DNA of 64,000 nt from Candidatus Amesbacteria bacterium (GTDB lineage: Bacteria > Patescibacteriota > Microgenomatia > CAZETR01 > Amesbacteraceae): assembly GCA_027371535.1 (NCBI GenBank), contig DAHXMV010000002.1, positions 67,494 to 131,493 on the forward strand. The letters run 5' to 3'. Both the position numbers and the translations under genes were made by a program. Positions 44,376-55,767 of this stretch are shown in pieces. The notes below the pieces were generated by a model. That model was not told the origin of the DNA, did not search any database, and saw nothing but the letters and a program-made list of their open reading frames with translations. Within the stretch, counting starts at the first letter, position 1, and every line of letters starts with the position of its first letter.

Positions 44376-45294
44376 ACTCAAGAGATTTTTCCAAAAGAGG
44401 CCAGATTTGTTTGCGCATAATAATTCGGGTGGTTTTAACCTCGGAGGTAAGGCCGGGAAGAGATAAGGCATGGGAAAATAAGCCAGCTGAGTCCTTATCT
44501 ATAACCAGGAAGTGGTTAAAACCTTCCAGAATGTCGACCCCGGTAAAAAAGATGTAGTCTAATCCTCTTTCAGCCTTCAATCGTCCTAAAATTTCAAGAA
44601 GCTGAGGTTTGAGGCTGGAGACCAGCTTTTCCAAGTCAACGACTTCTATTTGGGCAATGCCAATAATTTTTCCAGCAATGTTTTTTACAGCAAAATCCTG
44701 AAGAATAACCTGTTCCAAATTTGAGACATTAATTTGGGATTTTGACTGAAACATGTTTTTGATAAAATCCGGCGGCAGGCTGATCTGTTTTTCCAACCAG
44801 GATGCGGCTTTCCTATCCCTGTCAGTGGTAACCGAGTTTTTGAAGTTCACGGTATTTGAAATAATAGCCCCATAAAGAAAGGTAGCGGAAACACGTCCGG
44901 GTTGAATTTGTTTCCTCACAATTTCTTCGGTAATAAGAGTGGCACATGAGCCGACCAGTTCTATGTGACTGACCGCTGAGGTAAATTTTTCCACAAAGAC
45001 TAATTTTCGGTGATCAAATATTTCTTTTACCTGTGCCAGGGGAATTGCCGGATCTATGGCGTCCGGATCCGCAGTATCTACCAATACAAAATCCGAACCG
45101 GTAGGAAAAGAGCCGGTGTGAGGTTTAATCGGAATTCCCCCAAGATAGTCCTTCAAAAATTTGACTTCCAAACCCAAATCTCCGTAGTAAACCGGGATAG
45201 CTGACAGGTGCTGTTTAGTTAAAAGTTCGGCGTAGGCAATGGTGCAAGCTATCCCGTCAAGATCCGGGCTTTTATAAGATGTCACGAAAGTCAT
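44296..45294 (-). CDS. DHH-family phosphoesterase (family II inorganic pyrophosphatase-like), DHH->DHR variant
   Basis: SPDLDGIACTIAYAELL (DHH motif I/II region), VDTADP, EIFDHRK. 3' end overlaps the M23 gene by 80 bp (convergent), so the stop may be mis-assigned. Confidence 0.5.
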   Translation of the reverse strand: MTFVTSYKSPDLDGIACTIAYAELLTKQHLSAIPVYYGDLGLEVKFLKDYLGGIPIKPHTGSFPTGSDFVLVDTADPDAIDPAIPLAQVKEIFDHRKLVFVEKFTSAVSHIELVGSCATLITEEIVRKQIQPGRVSATFLYGAIISNTVNFKNSVTTDRDRKAASWLEKQISLPPDFIKNMFQSKSQINVSNLEQVILQDFAVKNIAGKIIGIAQIEVVDLEKLVSSLKPQLLEILGRLKAERGLDYIFFTGVDILEGFNHFLVIDKDSAGLFSHALSLPGLTSEVKTTRIIMRKQIWPLLEKSLESTSNLKLVPDRSLSRPDVSPDVNVAQ

Positions 45295-45297
45295 AAA

Positions 45298-45771
45298 TTA
45301 AGTCCTCAGGGTGGCACAGAGAGAATCGGGGTTTAAAAGTAAATCGAGAGCGTCGTTGATAGACGGTACCAAAACATCTATGTATTTTAATATTTCTATG
45401 TGAATACCCTCTGCCTGAAGGGTTCCAATACGTAACTTTACATTCTTAAAGGTACCGATATCTATCCGGGCATTCCCAATGGAAACAGTATGTTCCGGAT
45501 TAAGTTTGGCAGTTAAATCAGCTTTTTCTTCCATATTTACTGCTTTCTGAAGATCTATTCCCAAATCTGTGGCTATTTTTTCGGCAGTCCCCCGCTGGTC
45601 ACCGGAAAAAAGGTAAATTTTAAAACCGAAGGCTTTTAATTTGTTCACATGTTCTCTTACACCTTCTGGAACTTGGCCATTTACAGAAAGAGTACCGTTT
45701 AAATCTAAAACAACAGTATCCAGCTCAAAAGGCGTAACTCCTTTGGGTTCATAACGTATCATTTGGGACAA
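45298..45771 (-). CDS. HAD-like hydrolase, soluble P-type-ATPase-like (COG4087-type)
   Basis: VVLDLNGTL (DxNGT), FSGDQRGTA, SIGNARIDIG, LRT C-terminus. Confidence 0.55.
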   Translation of the reverse strand: MSQMIRYEPKGVTPFELDTVVLDLNGTLSVNGQVPEGVREHVNKLKAFGFKIYLFSGDQRGTAEKIATDLGIDLQKAVNMEEKADLTAKLNPEHTVSIGNARIDIGTFKNVKLRIGTLQAEGIHIEILKYIDVLVPSINDALDLLLNPDSLCATLRT

Positions 45772-45779
45772 TTTTATCG

Positions 45780-46325
45780 TTAAATGAATGGTTTGGCTAA
45801 CAGGAGGCCGATTAAAGTGAGAGCTGAGGGGGTCTGATTATTTACCATCAGATCATAAGCTTCGGTATAAGGGAGAATTCTAATCTCTATCAATTCATCC
45901 GGGTCCGGTGGTAAGGCTCCGGTTCTTAAGTCCCTGGCCAAAATAACATGATAGGTGCAAGCCATATGGATAGAGGGGCGAAAATTGGCTAATAATTCTA
46001 ATTTACCAGCTGATAAACTAATTTCTTCCTGTATTTCGCGGTTGGCATTTTGTAATATCTGCTCATTTGTGGAACCCAAGCCTTCTACCCCGCCGGCCGG
46101 CAGTTCCCAAACATAATCTTTTACCGCCGGACGCCACTGACGGACACAGTAAATGTGATTTTGGTCATTTATAGCTACAATTGTGACCACATCCCGGGTT
46201 TTAATATATTGCCAAACCACTTCCTGACCTTCCGGAGTTTTGACAGTGGCATCTACCAACTGGTGTTTACGATTTTTAGGAGATGAAATAGCCTCCTCAT
46301 TAAGAATTTTGTAACCAGATGACAT
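45780..46325 (-). CDS. NUDIX hydrolase (ADP-ribose pyrophosphatase-like)
   Basis: Nudix box GGVEGLGSTNEQILQNANREIQEEISL (Gx5Ex7REUxEExGU). Confidence 0.75.
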   Translation of the reverse strand: MSSGYKILNEEAISSPKNRKHQLVDATVKTPEGQEVVWQYIKTRDVVTIVAINDQNHIYCVRQWRPAVKDYVWELPAGGVEGLGSTNEQILQNANREIQEEISLSAGKLELLANFRPSIHMACTYHVILARDLRTGALPPDPDELIEIRILPYTEAYDLMVNNQTPSALTLIGLLLAKPFI

Positions 46326-46347
46326 TTAGGTGATTTTAACAGAAGTT

Positions 46348-48293
<1,946 letters not shown>

Positions 48294-48303
48294 AAATTTT
48301 TGA

Positions 48304-48330
48304 TTAGCAGGACGCTTACTAGACTGCTAG
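48304..48330. promoter_or_regulatory. Degenerate CIRCE-like operator (TTAGCAGGA-N9-GACTGCTAG) upstream of groES
   Basis: Inverted repeat ttagcag…ctgcta with the 9-N9-9 CIRCE geometry. Position 7 of each arm deviates from consensus (C->G / G->C, a compensatory pair). Confidence 0.55.
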
Positions 48331-48358
48331 TATATAAAATGGCCCCAATTATTGTCAA
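48329..48358 (-). promoter_or_regulatory. Putative sigma-A promoter of groES-groEL (-35 TTGACA, 18-nt spacer, -10 TATACT) abutting the CIRCE-like element
   Basis: Minus strand reads cTTGACAataattggggccattttaTATACTagcag…; the -35 overlaps the stop codon of the upstream NUDIX gene. Confidence 0.5.
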
Positions 48359-48741
48359 GAGGGAATTTTATCTGTTAAGCTGTCAAAATATTTTTTAATA
48401 ATTTCTTTGTGCCCAAATGCAATTTCCGTGCGAGACAAACCGTCTTTATCTATATATGTAGCTTCTTCTATTTTATCTTTCTTTAAATTTAGAGTGCCAA
48501 ACACTTCCCCTATAAAATAGAGAGTATGCCAAAACTGACCAAGTATCGTTTGATCATTTATTTCCTCGATAAATAATCTGGGATGCTTAAAATCCAAATC
48601 CGTCTCTTCTTTAACTTCCCTTTCTACCACATCCTCATTCGTCTCTCCCTGATTTGGCTTTCCACCTATCAGGGCATATTTTCCCTGCTCGATTCCCCTA
48701 CTCCTTTTACCCAATAATACTTTACCGTCTGAAACTAACAA
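48355..48741 (-). CDS. NUDIX hydrolase (MutT-like)
   Basis: GGKPNQGETNEDVVEREVKEETDL Nudix box. Confidence 0.7.
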   Translation of the reverse strand: MLVSDGKVLLGKRSRGIEQGKYALIGGKPNQGETNEDVVEREVKEETDLDFKHPRLFIEEINDQTILGQFWHTLYFIGEVFGTLNLKKDKIEEATYIDKDGLSRTEIAFGHKEIIKKYFDSLTDKIPS

Positions 48742-48798
48742 GGCTCGAACCGCAAACCTTTCAGTTACAATTGCCAGATTTTATCACCAAACAAGAGT

Positions 48799-49818
48799 TC
48801 AACTTAGGCGGGCAAGGTCGGAGGTGACCATCATTTTTATCAGTTGTTTAAAGTCGGTTTTAGGCTTCCAACCCAGAGTCTTTTTAATTTTGGAATAGTC
48901 CCCTACCAGCGGTCCGGTTTCCGTCGGTCTGACCCATTCCGGGTTGACGACGACATAATCCCGCCAGTTAAGGTCCAGTTGGGAAAAGGCTTCCTCACAC
49001 AATTCTCTGACTGTATGAGTTACTCCGGTAGCGACGACAAAGTCGTCGGGGCGGTCATGATTCAGGATCATCCACATAGCTGAGACATAATCACCGGAAA
49101 AACCCCAGTCCCTTTTGGCATCCAAATTCCCCAACTCAAGTTTGCCCTGGGCATTAACTACCGGGCGGCCGCCCTGCCCGATGGGAATACGCTGGTCCTT
49201 TAAACCCAATTTAATAGCCGCTGCGGCCAAACTGACTTTCCGGGTGACAAAATCGGGGCTACGTCTGGGACTTTCATGATTGAACATAATGCCGGTACTG
49301 ATAAACAAACCGAAAGACTGGCGATAAATCTGGGCATCAAAATGGGCCAGGGCTTTGGCAGCAGCGTAAGGATTGGCCGGATGTATTGGGGTATCTTCAT
49401 TTTGGGGAATAATTTTGGTTTCACCAAAAAGCTCGCTGGTGCTGGCCTGGTAGACATGGCTTTTAGGAACCACGTTTCTGACTGCTTCGAAAATCCGGAT
49501 AGCGCCTAACCCTGTCTGATCGGCTGTCGCCAAGGGCTGAAGCCAGGATTCGTGCACGTGGGACTGGGCACCCAAGTTATAAATTTCGTCCGGCTGGATT
49601 TTGGCCAGATACATGGAAATACAAGCAGGATCAGCCAGGTCGCCAAAGATAAAATTGAGGCTATGGCGAAGATGGGCGACGTTACCGTAACTGGGATTGC
49701 TGTTTCTTCTCAAAAGGCCATAAATCCGGTAGTTTTTTTCCAATAAATACTCCGCCAGATACGAGCCGTCCTGACCGGTGATGCCGGTAATAAAAGCGGT
49801 TTTATTTTTTTGGGACAT
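48799..49818 (-). CDS. gmd: GDP-mannose 4,6-dehydratase
   Basis: MSQKNKTAFITGITGQDGSYLAEYLLEKNYRIYGL…; SDR extended family with the GMD-specific GQDGSYL. ATG at 49818 chosen over the longer ORF (49878). Confidence 0.85.
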   Translation of the reverse strand: MSQKNKTAFITGITGQDGSYLAEYLLEKNYRIYGLLRRNSNPSYGNVAHLRHSLNFIFGDLADPACISMYLAKIQPDEIYNLGAQSHVHESWLQPLATADQTGLGAIRIFEAVRNVVPKSHVYQASTSELFGETKIIPQNEDTPIHPANPYAAAKALAHFDAQIYRQSFGLFISTGIMFNHESPRRSPDFVTRKVSLAAAAIKLGLKDQRIPIGQGGRPVVNAQGKLELGNLDAKRDWGFSGDYVSAMWMILNHDRPDDFVVATGVTHTVRELCEEAFSQLDLNWRDYVVVNPEWVRPTETGPLVGDYSKIKKTLGWKPKTDFKQLIKMMVTSDLARLS

Positions 49819-49837
49819 ATGGGGAATATAGATGATA

Positions 49838-50668
49838 TCACACCACGCCAGTCCGCGGATGGAAAAAGGCGTAACCAAGGCCGATTTTTTCCGCGGTTAA
49901 ACGGGGGCGCATATAGACATACTGCATAGTAAATAAGAATAAATTTATTAAATAAAGTATGAAATCAAAGATTGATTTTTGATTTTCGATATATGATTTA
50001 TGAGAAGCCAAATTCTTAAGAGATTGGCGATACGCGATTGGTAAAAAGTCCCGAGCCCAGGAGTTGGACATTAATAACTGCTTATATATTCCCCCGCTGT
50101 CATACAGACATTTAGCCTGGAGAAGCTCATGAGCGGTAAACAAGTTACGGTTAAACAATGCCAGATGATCTGTGTCCAGCCAGAGATTATCGCAAATTTT
50201 ATCAGAAACCCTGGCTGAGGAATGTTCGGGTAAATGCGGATCACGCCTCCATTTTTTAATCCGTAAGAGGAGAATAACAAGCAGCCGGGTAATCCAGAGG
50301 GAGTTTTCACTGACAACGATAAAGATATCAATGTCATCATCCGGCGGGCTATTTTGCATGGCTAAGGCACCGGTAATGAAAATCGCCCTAACAAAAGGGA
50401 ATTTCTGAATTAGATTGACAACTCTTTGGGCTTTGACTAATTTTGCCCGGCTAATACGATTACGAGACCGGCGAACAGTCATCAAGGCCTCCCTACCGGT
50501 AAGATAGTAATATGCGGCAACCGGAGAGAGGAATTTTTTAAGGCCAGAGTAACTGATGACAGGGTTTTCCTGCCAATACCAGATCTCCCTGAGGGTCAGC
50601 GGGTAATTAAATTTATCAAAATAGCCTAAAACCCGGTTAACCGACTCACTGTCCGGGGTTAATACCAT
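49838..50668 (-). CDS. Hypothetical protein, possibly minimal nucleotidyltransferase-fold (GALAMQNSPPDDDIDIFIV)
   Basis: Weak resemblance to the GS…DxD Pol-beta-type NTase motif; otherwise unrecognised. Confidence 0.3.
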   Translation of the reverse strand: MVLTPDSESVNRVLGYFDKFNYPLTLREIWYWQENPVISYSGLKKFLSPVAAYYYLTGREALMTVRRSRNRISRAKLVKAQRVVNLIQKFPFVRAIFITGALAMQNSPPDDDIDIFIVVSENSLWITRLLVILLLRIKKWRRDPHLPEHSSARVSDKICDNLWLDTDHLALFNRNLFTAHELLQAKCLYDSGGIYKQLLMSNSWARDFLPIAYRQSLKNLASHKSYIENQKSIFDFILYLINLFLFTMQYVYMRPRLTAEKIGLGYAFFHPRTGVV

Positions 50669-52277
50669 ACGCGGATAATATCTTATTTATTTCCGTGGAC
50701 AAAGATGCGGTTGACCGGGTACCACCAATCGCCTGAGAAAACAAATTGGAGAGTTGTGTATTTATCCCCTGATCACCGTCCCTGGTAAAAGAAGCCAAAT
50801 ACCATGACTGGGAAATGGGGGCCTGGGCAACAAATGTGGCGGCATATTTATCGGTCTTTAATGAGTCAGCCAAGTCAGTCCGGCTGTAGGGTTCACCAAA
50901 AGGCCTCTGGGGACCAATTTCCTGGTGATAAAGTTTGGTCATAACATCGGCAGATGAGAGATATTTTAATAATTCCCAAGCCTGTTTAGAATTGGGACTG
51001 GCAGCGTTTACCCCCTCAACCCAATAGGTGGCATAGGTGACCGGAGATTCACCAAGAGTTTTATCCACAGGTAATTGAGGAACCGGGTGGATGGAGAAGT
51101 TTAATTTAGGGTTTAAGGACTGGATGTCAATAACTCTCCACGACGGACCAAAATAAATACCGACCTTACCGGTGGCAAAATCGGTAGTTGAGTTTGGCAG
51201 GTGGGGATCCCAAACATGATAGTTGTCCACAAAATCGTTGAAGTATTGGAAGACGTCTCCGACAGCGTTCGGGGCCTGGTTGGGATTATTCAAATTGACA
51301 TTATTTTGTAAAAGGAGGGTGGCAATAATATCTTCCCAATGGTCAACATTTTGAGTCGATCCCAAGGCAACCCCGGAAATCAAAATCGGACCCCCAAAAT
51401 GACAGTTGCCGGTGGGGTTGTCACACTTGGACATAGCTACTGCCGCATCACGCAACTGGTCCCAGTTTTGAGGAACCGTCTGACCTGACTGCTGAAGAAT
51501 GTCATCGTTTATAAACATGGCTATACCTTCTGTTTCCATAGGTACGGCTACATAATTTCCATTAACTTTTAAATCTTTTGCTGTTGTGGGGTAAAAAGTT
51601 TTCCGATAATCATCAGGAGAATATATGCTGGCCGGAACCGGGGAAAGGTAATTACTAAAAGGATGAACCCAGGTGTCATTGATACGAAATATATCGGGAC
51701 CTTTTTTCTGATTCAGGGCAGCTTGCAGCCGTTCACGATATTCTATGGGCGATTGCATTGTATAAACGACCTTAATGCCGGGGTGGGTTTTTTCAAAATC
51801 ACTCAGAATCGGGCCCATGACTGATTGAGGCTCCCATAAACCCCAATAAGTTAAAGTGACCGTACCCAGACCGGGAACTACTTTGCCTGCAAGGCCGGAA
51901 ATAAATGCCAGCCCGATTAAAATTACCAATCCCAGTATGGTGAAAATAGCTACCACCGAACCAACAGACTTATGTTTAGGTGCCGGGGCAGAAGCAGGCG
52001 GAGAGGTTTCGGGGGCAACAACCGGCGGAGGGACAACCGGAGGCGGGGGCGGGGCAGCTGGAGAAACGGCCGGTGTCTGAGCTGGATTTTTACCTGTTTG
52101 GGACTGAAAAAAGGAGATGTCTTCCAGAACGGTTTGACTGGTAGGGTCGGGTGACTTCCCCTGAGCCAAATCCGAAGCCAATGACTGACCGACCCGGGTA
52201 ATTTTATCAGTTAAAGGACTGGGGTTATCAGAAGCCGGGGTTGCGGTACCGAGAGCTGGGGGAATAGGGTCTGCCAT
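50646..52277 (-). CDS. Membrane-anchored ABC-transporter solute-binding protein (family 1, sugar type) with a Pro-rich N-terminal tail
   Basis: N-terminal PAAPPPPPVVPPPVVAPETSPP, one TM (VVAIFTILGLVILIGLAFI), then an SBP_bac_1-like LTYWGLWEP…YRERLQAALN. Confidence 0.65.
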   Translation of the reverse strand: MADPIPPALGTATPASDNPSPLTDKITRVGQSLASDLAQGKSPDPTSQTVLEDISFFQSQTGKNPAQTPAVSPAAPPPPPVVPPPVVAPETSPPASAPAPKHKSVGSVVAIFTILGLVILIGLAFISGLAGKVVPGLGTVTLTYWGLWEPQSVMGPILSDFEKTHPGIKVVYTMQSPIEYRERLQAALNQKKGPDIFRINDTWVHPFSNYLSPVPASIYSPDDYRKTFYPTTAKDLKVNGNYVAVPMETEGIAMFINDDILQQSGQTVPQNWDQLRDAAVAMSKCDNPTGNCHFGGPILISGVALGSTQNVDHWEDIIATLLLQNNVNLNNPNQAPNAVGDVFQYFNDFVDNYHVWDPHLPNSTTDFATGKVGIYFGPSWRVIDIQSLNPKLNFSIHPVPQLPVDKTLGESPVTYATYWVEGVNAASPNSKQAWELLKYLSSADVMTKLYHQEIGPQRPFGEPYSRTDLADSLKTDKYAATFVAQAPISQSWYLASFTRDGDQGINTQLSNLFSQAIGGTRSTASLSTEINKILSAYGINPGQ

Positions 52278-52348
52278 ATAAGATTAAAAATAAATATCCA
52301 TTTAGAGTATACAATAAGTATAATATACATTTATCAAATTCGACAAAT

Positions 52349-54100
52349 ATGAATCTGAAAATCAGAAATGTGGTTTTTGGAATCGGAGTGGGCATCATTA
52401 CTGTAATATCAATTATCGGGATTCTGTTTGAGATCAGATTCTGGTACAGAGTGTATCCAGGGATAAATATAAGCGGTATAGATGTCGGAGGACAGAATTT
52501 GAAACAAACTGCACAGGCAATACTGCGACAGACTGCCATCATAAAACAAATAAAGCTGAAGTGGGGTGTAAATGAATGGTATGAGACTTTATCCAATATG
52601 GGGGTGGTTTATGACGTTAACAAATCGGTTGAGGAAGCGCTGGAAGTAGGGAGAACCGGAGATTTTTTAAAAGATTTTAATTCCAAAGTAAGGGCAGTCA
52701 CCGGAGGGGTGAAACTGGAACCGGTTTGGAGCTGGGATAAAAACAGTGTGGATATGGCAGTGGCTTCGGTGGCAGCCCAGATAGATATTCCCGTCCAAGA
52801 CCCAGCAATTCAGAGAGACAAAACCAACCAGACAGTAGTGGTTAATACCGGAGAAAACGGACAACAGGTTGACCAAAATTTACTAAAACTAAAAATTCAA
52901 AATTCATTGGATAATTGGGGAATCGGGACAGTAGATATTCCGGTAGTAGAACTTAAACCAAAATTAACCATCGAACAAGCAAACCTGGTTAAAAACAAGG
53001 CCCTGTCCTTGTTAGGGAAAAAGATCGTACTTCAGTTTCCTGATAACAAACAGAGTTGGATAATAAATGATGACCAATTGTTAACCTGGCTAGATCTGCA
53101 AAGCGGAGAAGGTAAAAAATCGGCTATAAAGGATTGGGTGACAGAACTGGCCCAAACAGTCAACCGTGACCCGCAAAATGCAACTTTCAGATTTATCGGA
53201 CAGGGAAGGGTGGAAGAGTTTACCCCGGCCAAGAACGGAGTGACAGTACTTCAAGAGGAAACTACAGATCTGATAGCCGGGGCCATGGATAAGATGGTTG
53301 ACGGGGTAAATGAACAAGATATAGATCTGGCTGTGAGTTACACACCCCCGGACATAAAGACCGAAGATGTAAACAATCTGGGGATAAAGGAACTCATCGG
53401 CAAGGGGGAATCCTGGTTTAAAGGCTCAATCGACAACAGGATATTTAATCTGAAGAAGGCCGCCCTCTCAATTAACGGTGTACTTGTGGCTCCGGGGGAA
53501 ATCTTTTCGTTCAATAAAACCGTGGGCGAGGTATCCCAAAGCACGGGTTATAAACAAGCATATGTGATTAAAGAGGGGAAAACTGTCCTGGGGGACGGGG
53601 GCGGGGTTTGCCAAGTTTCTACTACCCTTTTCAGGGCTGTACTTGCAACGGGACTTCCGATAATAGAAAGGGCGGCACATGCATACAGAGTCAGTTATTA
53701 CGAAGTCAATTATCAACCCGGTTTTGACGCTACCGTGTTTCAGCCAAGCCCGGATTTTAAATTCCGAAACGATACCAGCAATTATATTCTGATTCAGACG
53801 GTTTACGACGAAAAAGCCCAGTATCTGTCTTTTGAACTTTATGGTACAAGCGACGGCAGAAAAGTGGAAATATCCAAAGCCAGAATCTGGGACGTGACCC
53901 CTCCCCCGCCCGATTTATTCCAGGATGATCCCACATTACCGTCAGGAAAAGTAGTACAGACAGAGCATGCTACCTGGGGAGCTAAGGTAGCATTCGACTG
54001 GAAAGTCACCAGAGGAGGCGTGGTACTGCAACAAAAAACTTTTTATACCAACTATCAGCCTTGGCAGGCGGTATTTTTGAGGGGGACTAAACCAAATTAG
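52349..54100 (+). CDS. VanW-family protein (N-terminal TM, PG-binding-like repeats, C-terminal VanW domain)
   Basis: GGGVCQVSTTLFRAVLATGLPIIERAAHAYRVSYY is the VanW core. Confidence 0.75.
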   Translation: MNLKIRNVVFGIGVGIITVISIIGILFEIRFWYRVYPGINISGIDVGGQNLKQTAQAILRQTAIIKQIKLKWGVNEWYETLSNMGVVYDVNKSVEEALEVGRTGDFLKDFNSKVRAVTGGVKLEPVWSWDKNSVDMAVASVAAQIDIPVQDPAIQRDKTNQTVVVNTGENGQQVDQNLLKLKIQNSLDNWGIGTVDIPVVELKPKLTIEQANLVKNKALSLLGKKIVLQFPDNKQSWIINDDQLLTWLDLQSGEGKKSAIKDWVTELAQTVNRDPQNATFRFIGQGRVEEFTPAKNGVTVLQEETTDLIAGAMDKMVDGVNEQDIDLAVSYTPPDIKTEDVNNLGIKELIGKGESWFKGSIDNRIFNLKKAALSINGVLVAPGEIFSFNKTVGEVSQSTGYKQAYVIKEGKTVLGDGGGVCQVSTTLFRAVLATGLPIIERAAHAYRVSYYEVNYQPGFDATVFQPSPDFKFRNDTSNYILIQTVYDEKAQYLSFELYGTSDGRKVEISKARIWDVTPPPPDLFQDDPTLPSGKVVQTEHATWGAKVAFDWKVTRGGVVLQQKTFYTNYQPWQAVFLRGTKPN

Positions 54101-54840
54101 TAGGAAGCTCCCCGAAAATCCGGGCAGTTGAGTTTGGCCCATTGTAAATATTCAGGAGCACAGGCCGGAGAACGCGGTCCGAGACCGGGCATACAGTTTA
54201 CCCATGGTTTTTGCGGACAGGTGTATTTTGAAGAGAGCTGGACGGGTATTTCCAGACTTTTCTGATTCTGCGGCAGGCCGCTGGGATTATCATTCCGGAG
54301 AACTAAAAAACCGGACTTGTCCGAGGCAGAAAAATTAAACGTTTGATCAAAAGATAGTACACTTTTCTGGTGACTCGGGTCAGCTTCAACATGAACGGGA
54401 GCGTGCAGAATTTCGCGACGACGACTGTCGAGTAAAAACAGCTGAAACTGGCCTTCAAAAACCCAGTTGGCAGGAACGTAGCCCTTGAGAGTCAGGGGGG
54501 AAGTCACAGTGCTTCCGGAAGAAAGGTTTTGGAGAAAGGGCTGGTTTAAGTCAACCGGGCTAGGGGTGATATTTTGGACAGAATGGGTAATCCAATGTAA
54601 ATTAAGGGGGTTTTTTTGATAAAGGTAGTATCCTCCAAAAAACATAACCAGAATTAATACGGCAAGCAAGTCCCTTAGCATCAGATAAAGTATAATTGGC
54701 GGGATGAAAATTGTAAAACAACAACAAGCTGTTACCCATGAAATTGGTAAAATATTAGATTTGGGAGGATTGGTAATTTTTCCTTGCGAAACGGTATATG
54801 GAGCTGCCGTAGACGCGACTAATAAACGGGCAGTGGGCAA
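54097..54840 (-). CDS. Hypothetical membrane-anchored protein with Gmad2-like Ig domain
   Basis: TM (LLAVLILVMFFGGYYLY) then YVPANWVFEGQFQLFLLD resembling the Gmad2 fold. Start may be at 54681. Confidence 0.35.
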   Translation of the reverse strand: MPTARLLVASTAAPYTVSQGKITNPPKSNILPISWVTACCCFTIFIPPIILYLMLRDLLAVLILVMFFGGYYLYQKNPLNLHWITHSVQNITPSPVDLNQPFLQNLSSGSTVTSPLTLKGYVPANWVFEGQFQLFLLDSRRREILHAPVHVEADPSHQKSVLSFDQTFNFSASDKSGFLVLRNDNPSGLPQNQKSLEIPVQLSSKYTCPQKPWVNCMPGLGPRSPACAPEYLQWAKLNCPDFRGASY

Positions 54841-55747
54841 ACTGGGTGTTTACAAACAACGACTTTTTGGAAAGCCTTATTCTATTATGTGCTCAGGCCA
54901 GGATATGGCGGAAAAATACGCTAATCTTAATAACCAAGCCATTAAATTATATAAAAATTTTTTACCTGGCCCATTAACTATAATATCCAGTGGAAAACAT
55001 ATATTAGCACCCGGAGTAGAATCGGAAATTGGAACGATTGGGGTCCGGATCCCCGATTACCCATTTTTATTGAAGTTAATCAGAGAATTCGGAAAACCGC
55101 TCACTGCCACGTCGGCCAATGCCGGCTATAAAAAAAGACCATATACAATTTCAGATGTTCTGGATAATCTTTCAGAGAAACAAAAAGGACTGATTGACCT
55201 GATTATTGATGCGGGTAAACTTCCCCATAATGAACCCTCTACGGTCATTGACACGACTTTAGACGATCCGGTGATCCTGAGACAGGGGACAATAAGATTT
55301 ACAAGTCATAACTCAATACTCACCAGGAGTGAAGAGGAAACAAAAAACTGCGGGAAAGAGTTGTGGCAAAAATTTGAAAAATTTTCAAGCCAGCGGGCGA
55401 TTATCTTTGCCCTGGAAGGACCGATGGGGGCAGGAAAAACGGCGTTGACAAAAGGTTTGGCAAAAGCCATTGGAATTGAAGAAGATGTGGTCTCACCAAC
55501 ATATAATCTGGAACTGGACTACGGCAGGTTAAAACATTTCGATGCCTGGAGAATGCAAAACGGAGAAGAATTGGAAAATCTTGGACTGAATGGGTTAATC
55601 AATGACAAATCGATAATTGTAGTGGAATGGGCCGACAGGGCAGCTGAAGTGATTCGAAAATATAATGAGGAAGCGGTGGTGGTATGGGTGAGAATTAAGT
55701 ACGAAAAAATGGAGAATGAACGAAACATATCCTGGGGAACTCTATAA
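54704..55747 (+). CDS. tsaC: Fused TsaC/Sua5 (YrdC domain) - TsaE (P-loop ATPase) t6A biosynthesis protein
   Basis: N-half GGLVIFPCETVYGAAVDATN…FLPGPLTII…TATSANAGY…PSTVIDTT (YrdC). C-half IIFALEGPMGAGKTALTKGLAKAIG…VVSPTYNL…HFDAWRM…VVEWAD (TsaE). Confidence 0.75.
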   Translation: MKIVKQQQAVTHEIGKILDLGGLVIFPCETVYGAAVDATNKRAVGKLGVYKQRLFGKPYSIMCSGQDMAEKYANLNNQAIKLYKNFLPGPLTIISSGKHILAPGVESEIGTIGVRIPDYPFLLKLIREFGKPLTATSANAGYKKRPYTISDVLDNLSEKQKGLIDLIIDAGKLPHNEPSTVIDTTLDDPVILRQGTIRFTSHNSILTRSEEETKNCGKELWQKFEKFSSQRAIIFALEGPMGAGKTALTKGLAKAIGIEEDVVSPTYNLELDYGRLKHFDAWRMQNGEELENLGLNGLINDKSIIVVEWADRAAEVIRKYNEEAVVVWVRIKYEKMENERNISWGTL

Positions 55748-55767
55748 ATTTTAATTAACTTGATCCA

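Noticed and set aside
48741-48780. Minus-strand GGTTCGAGCC T-loop-like motif that looked like part of a tRNA
   Set aside because: No acceptor, anticodon or T-stem complementarity could be built. The region is the N-terminal coding sequence and 5' flank of the NUDIX gene.
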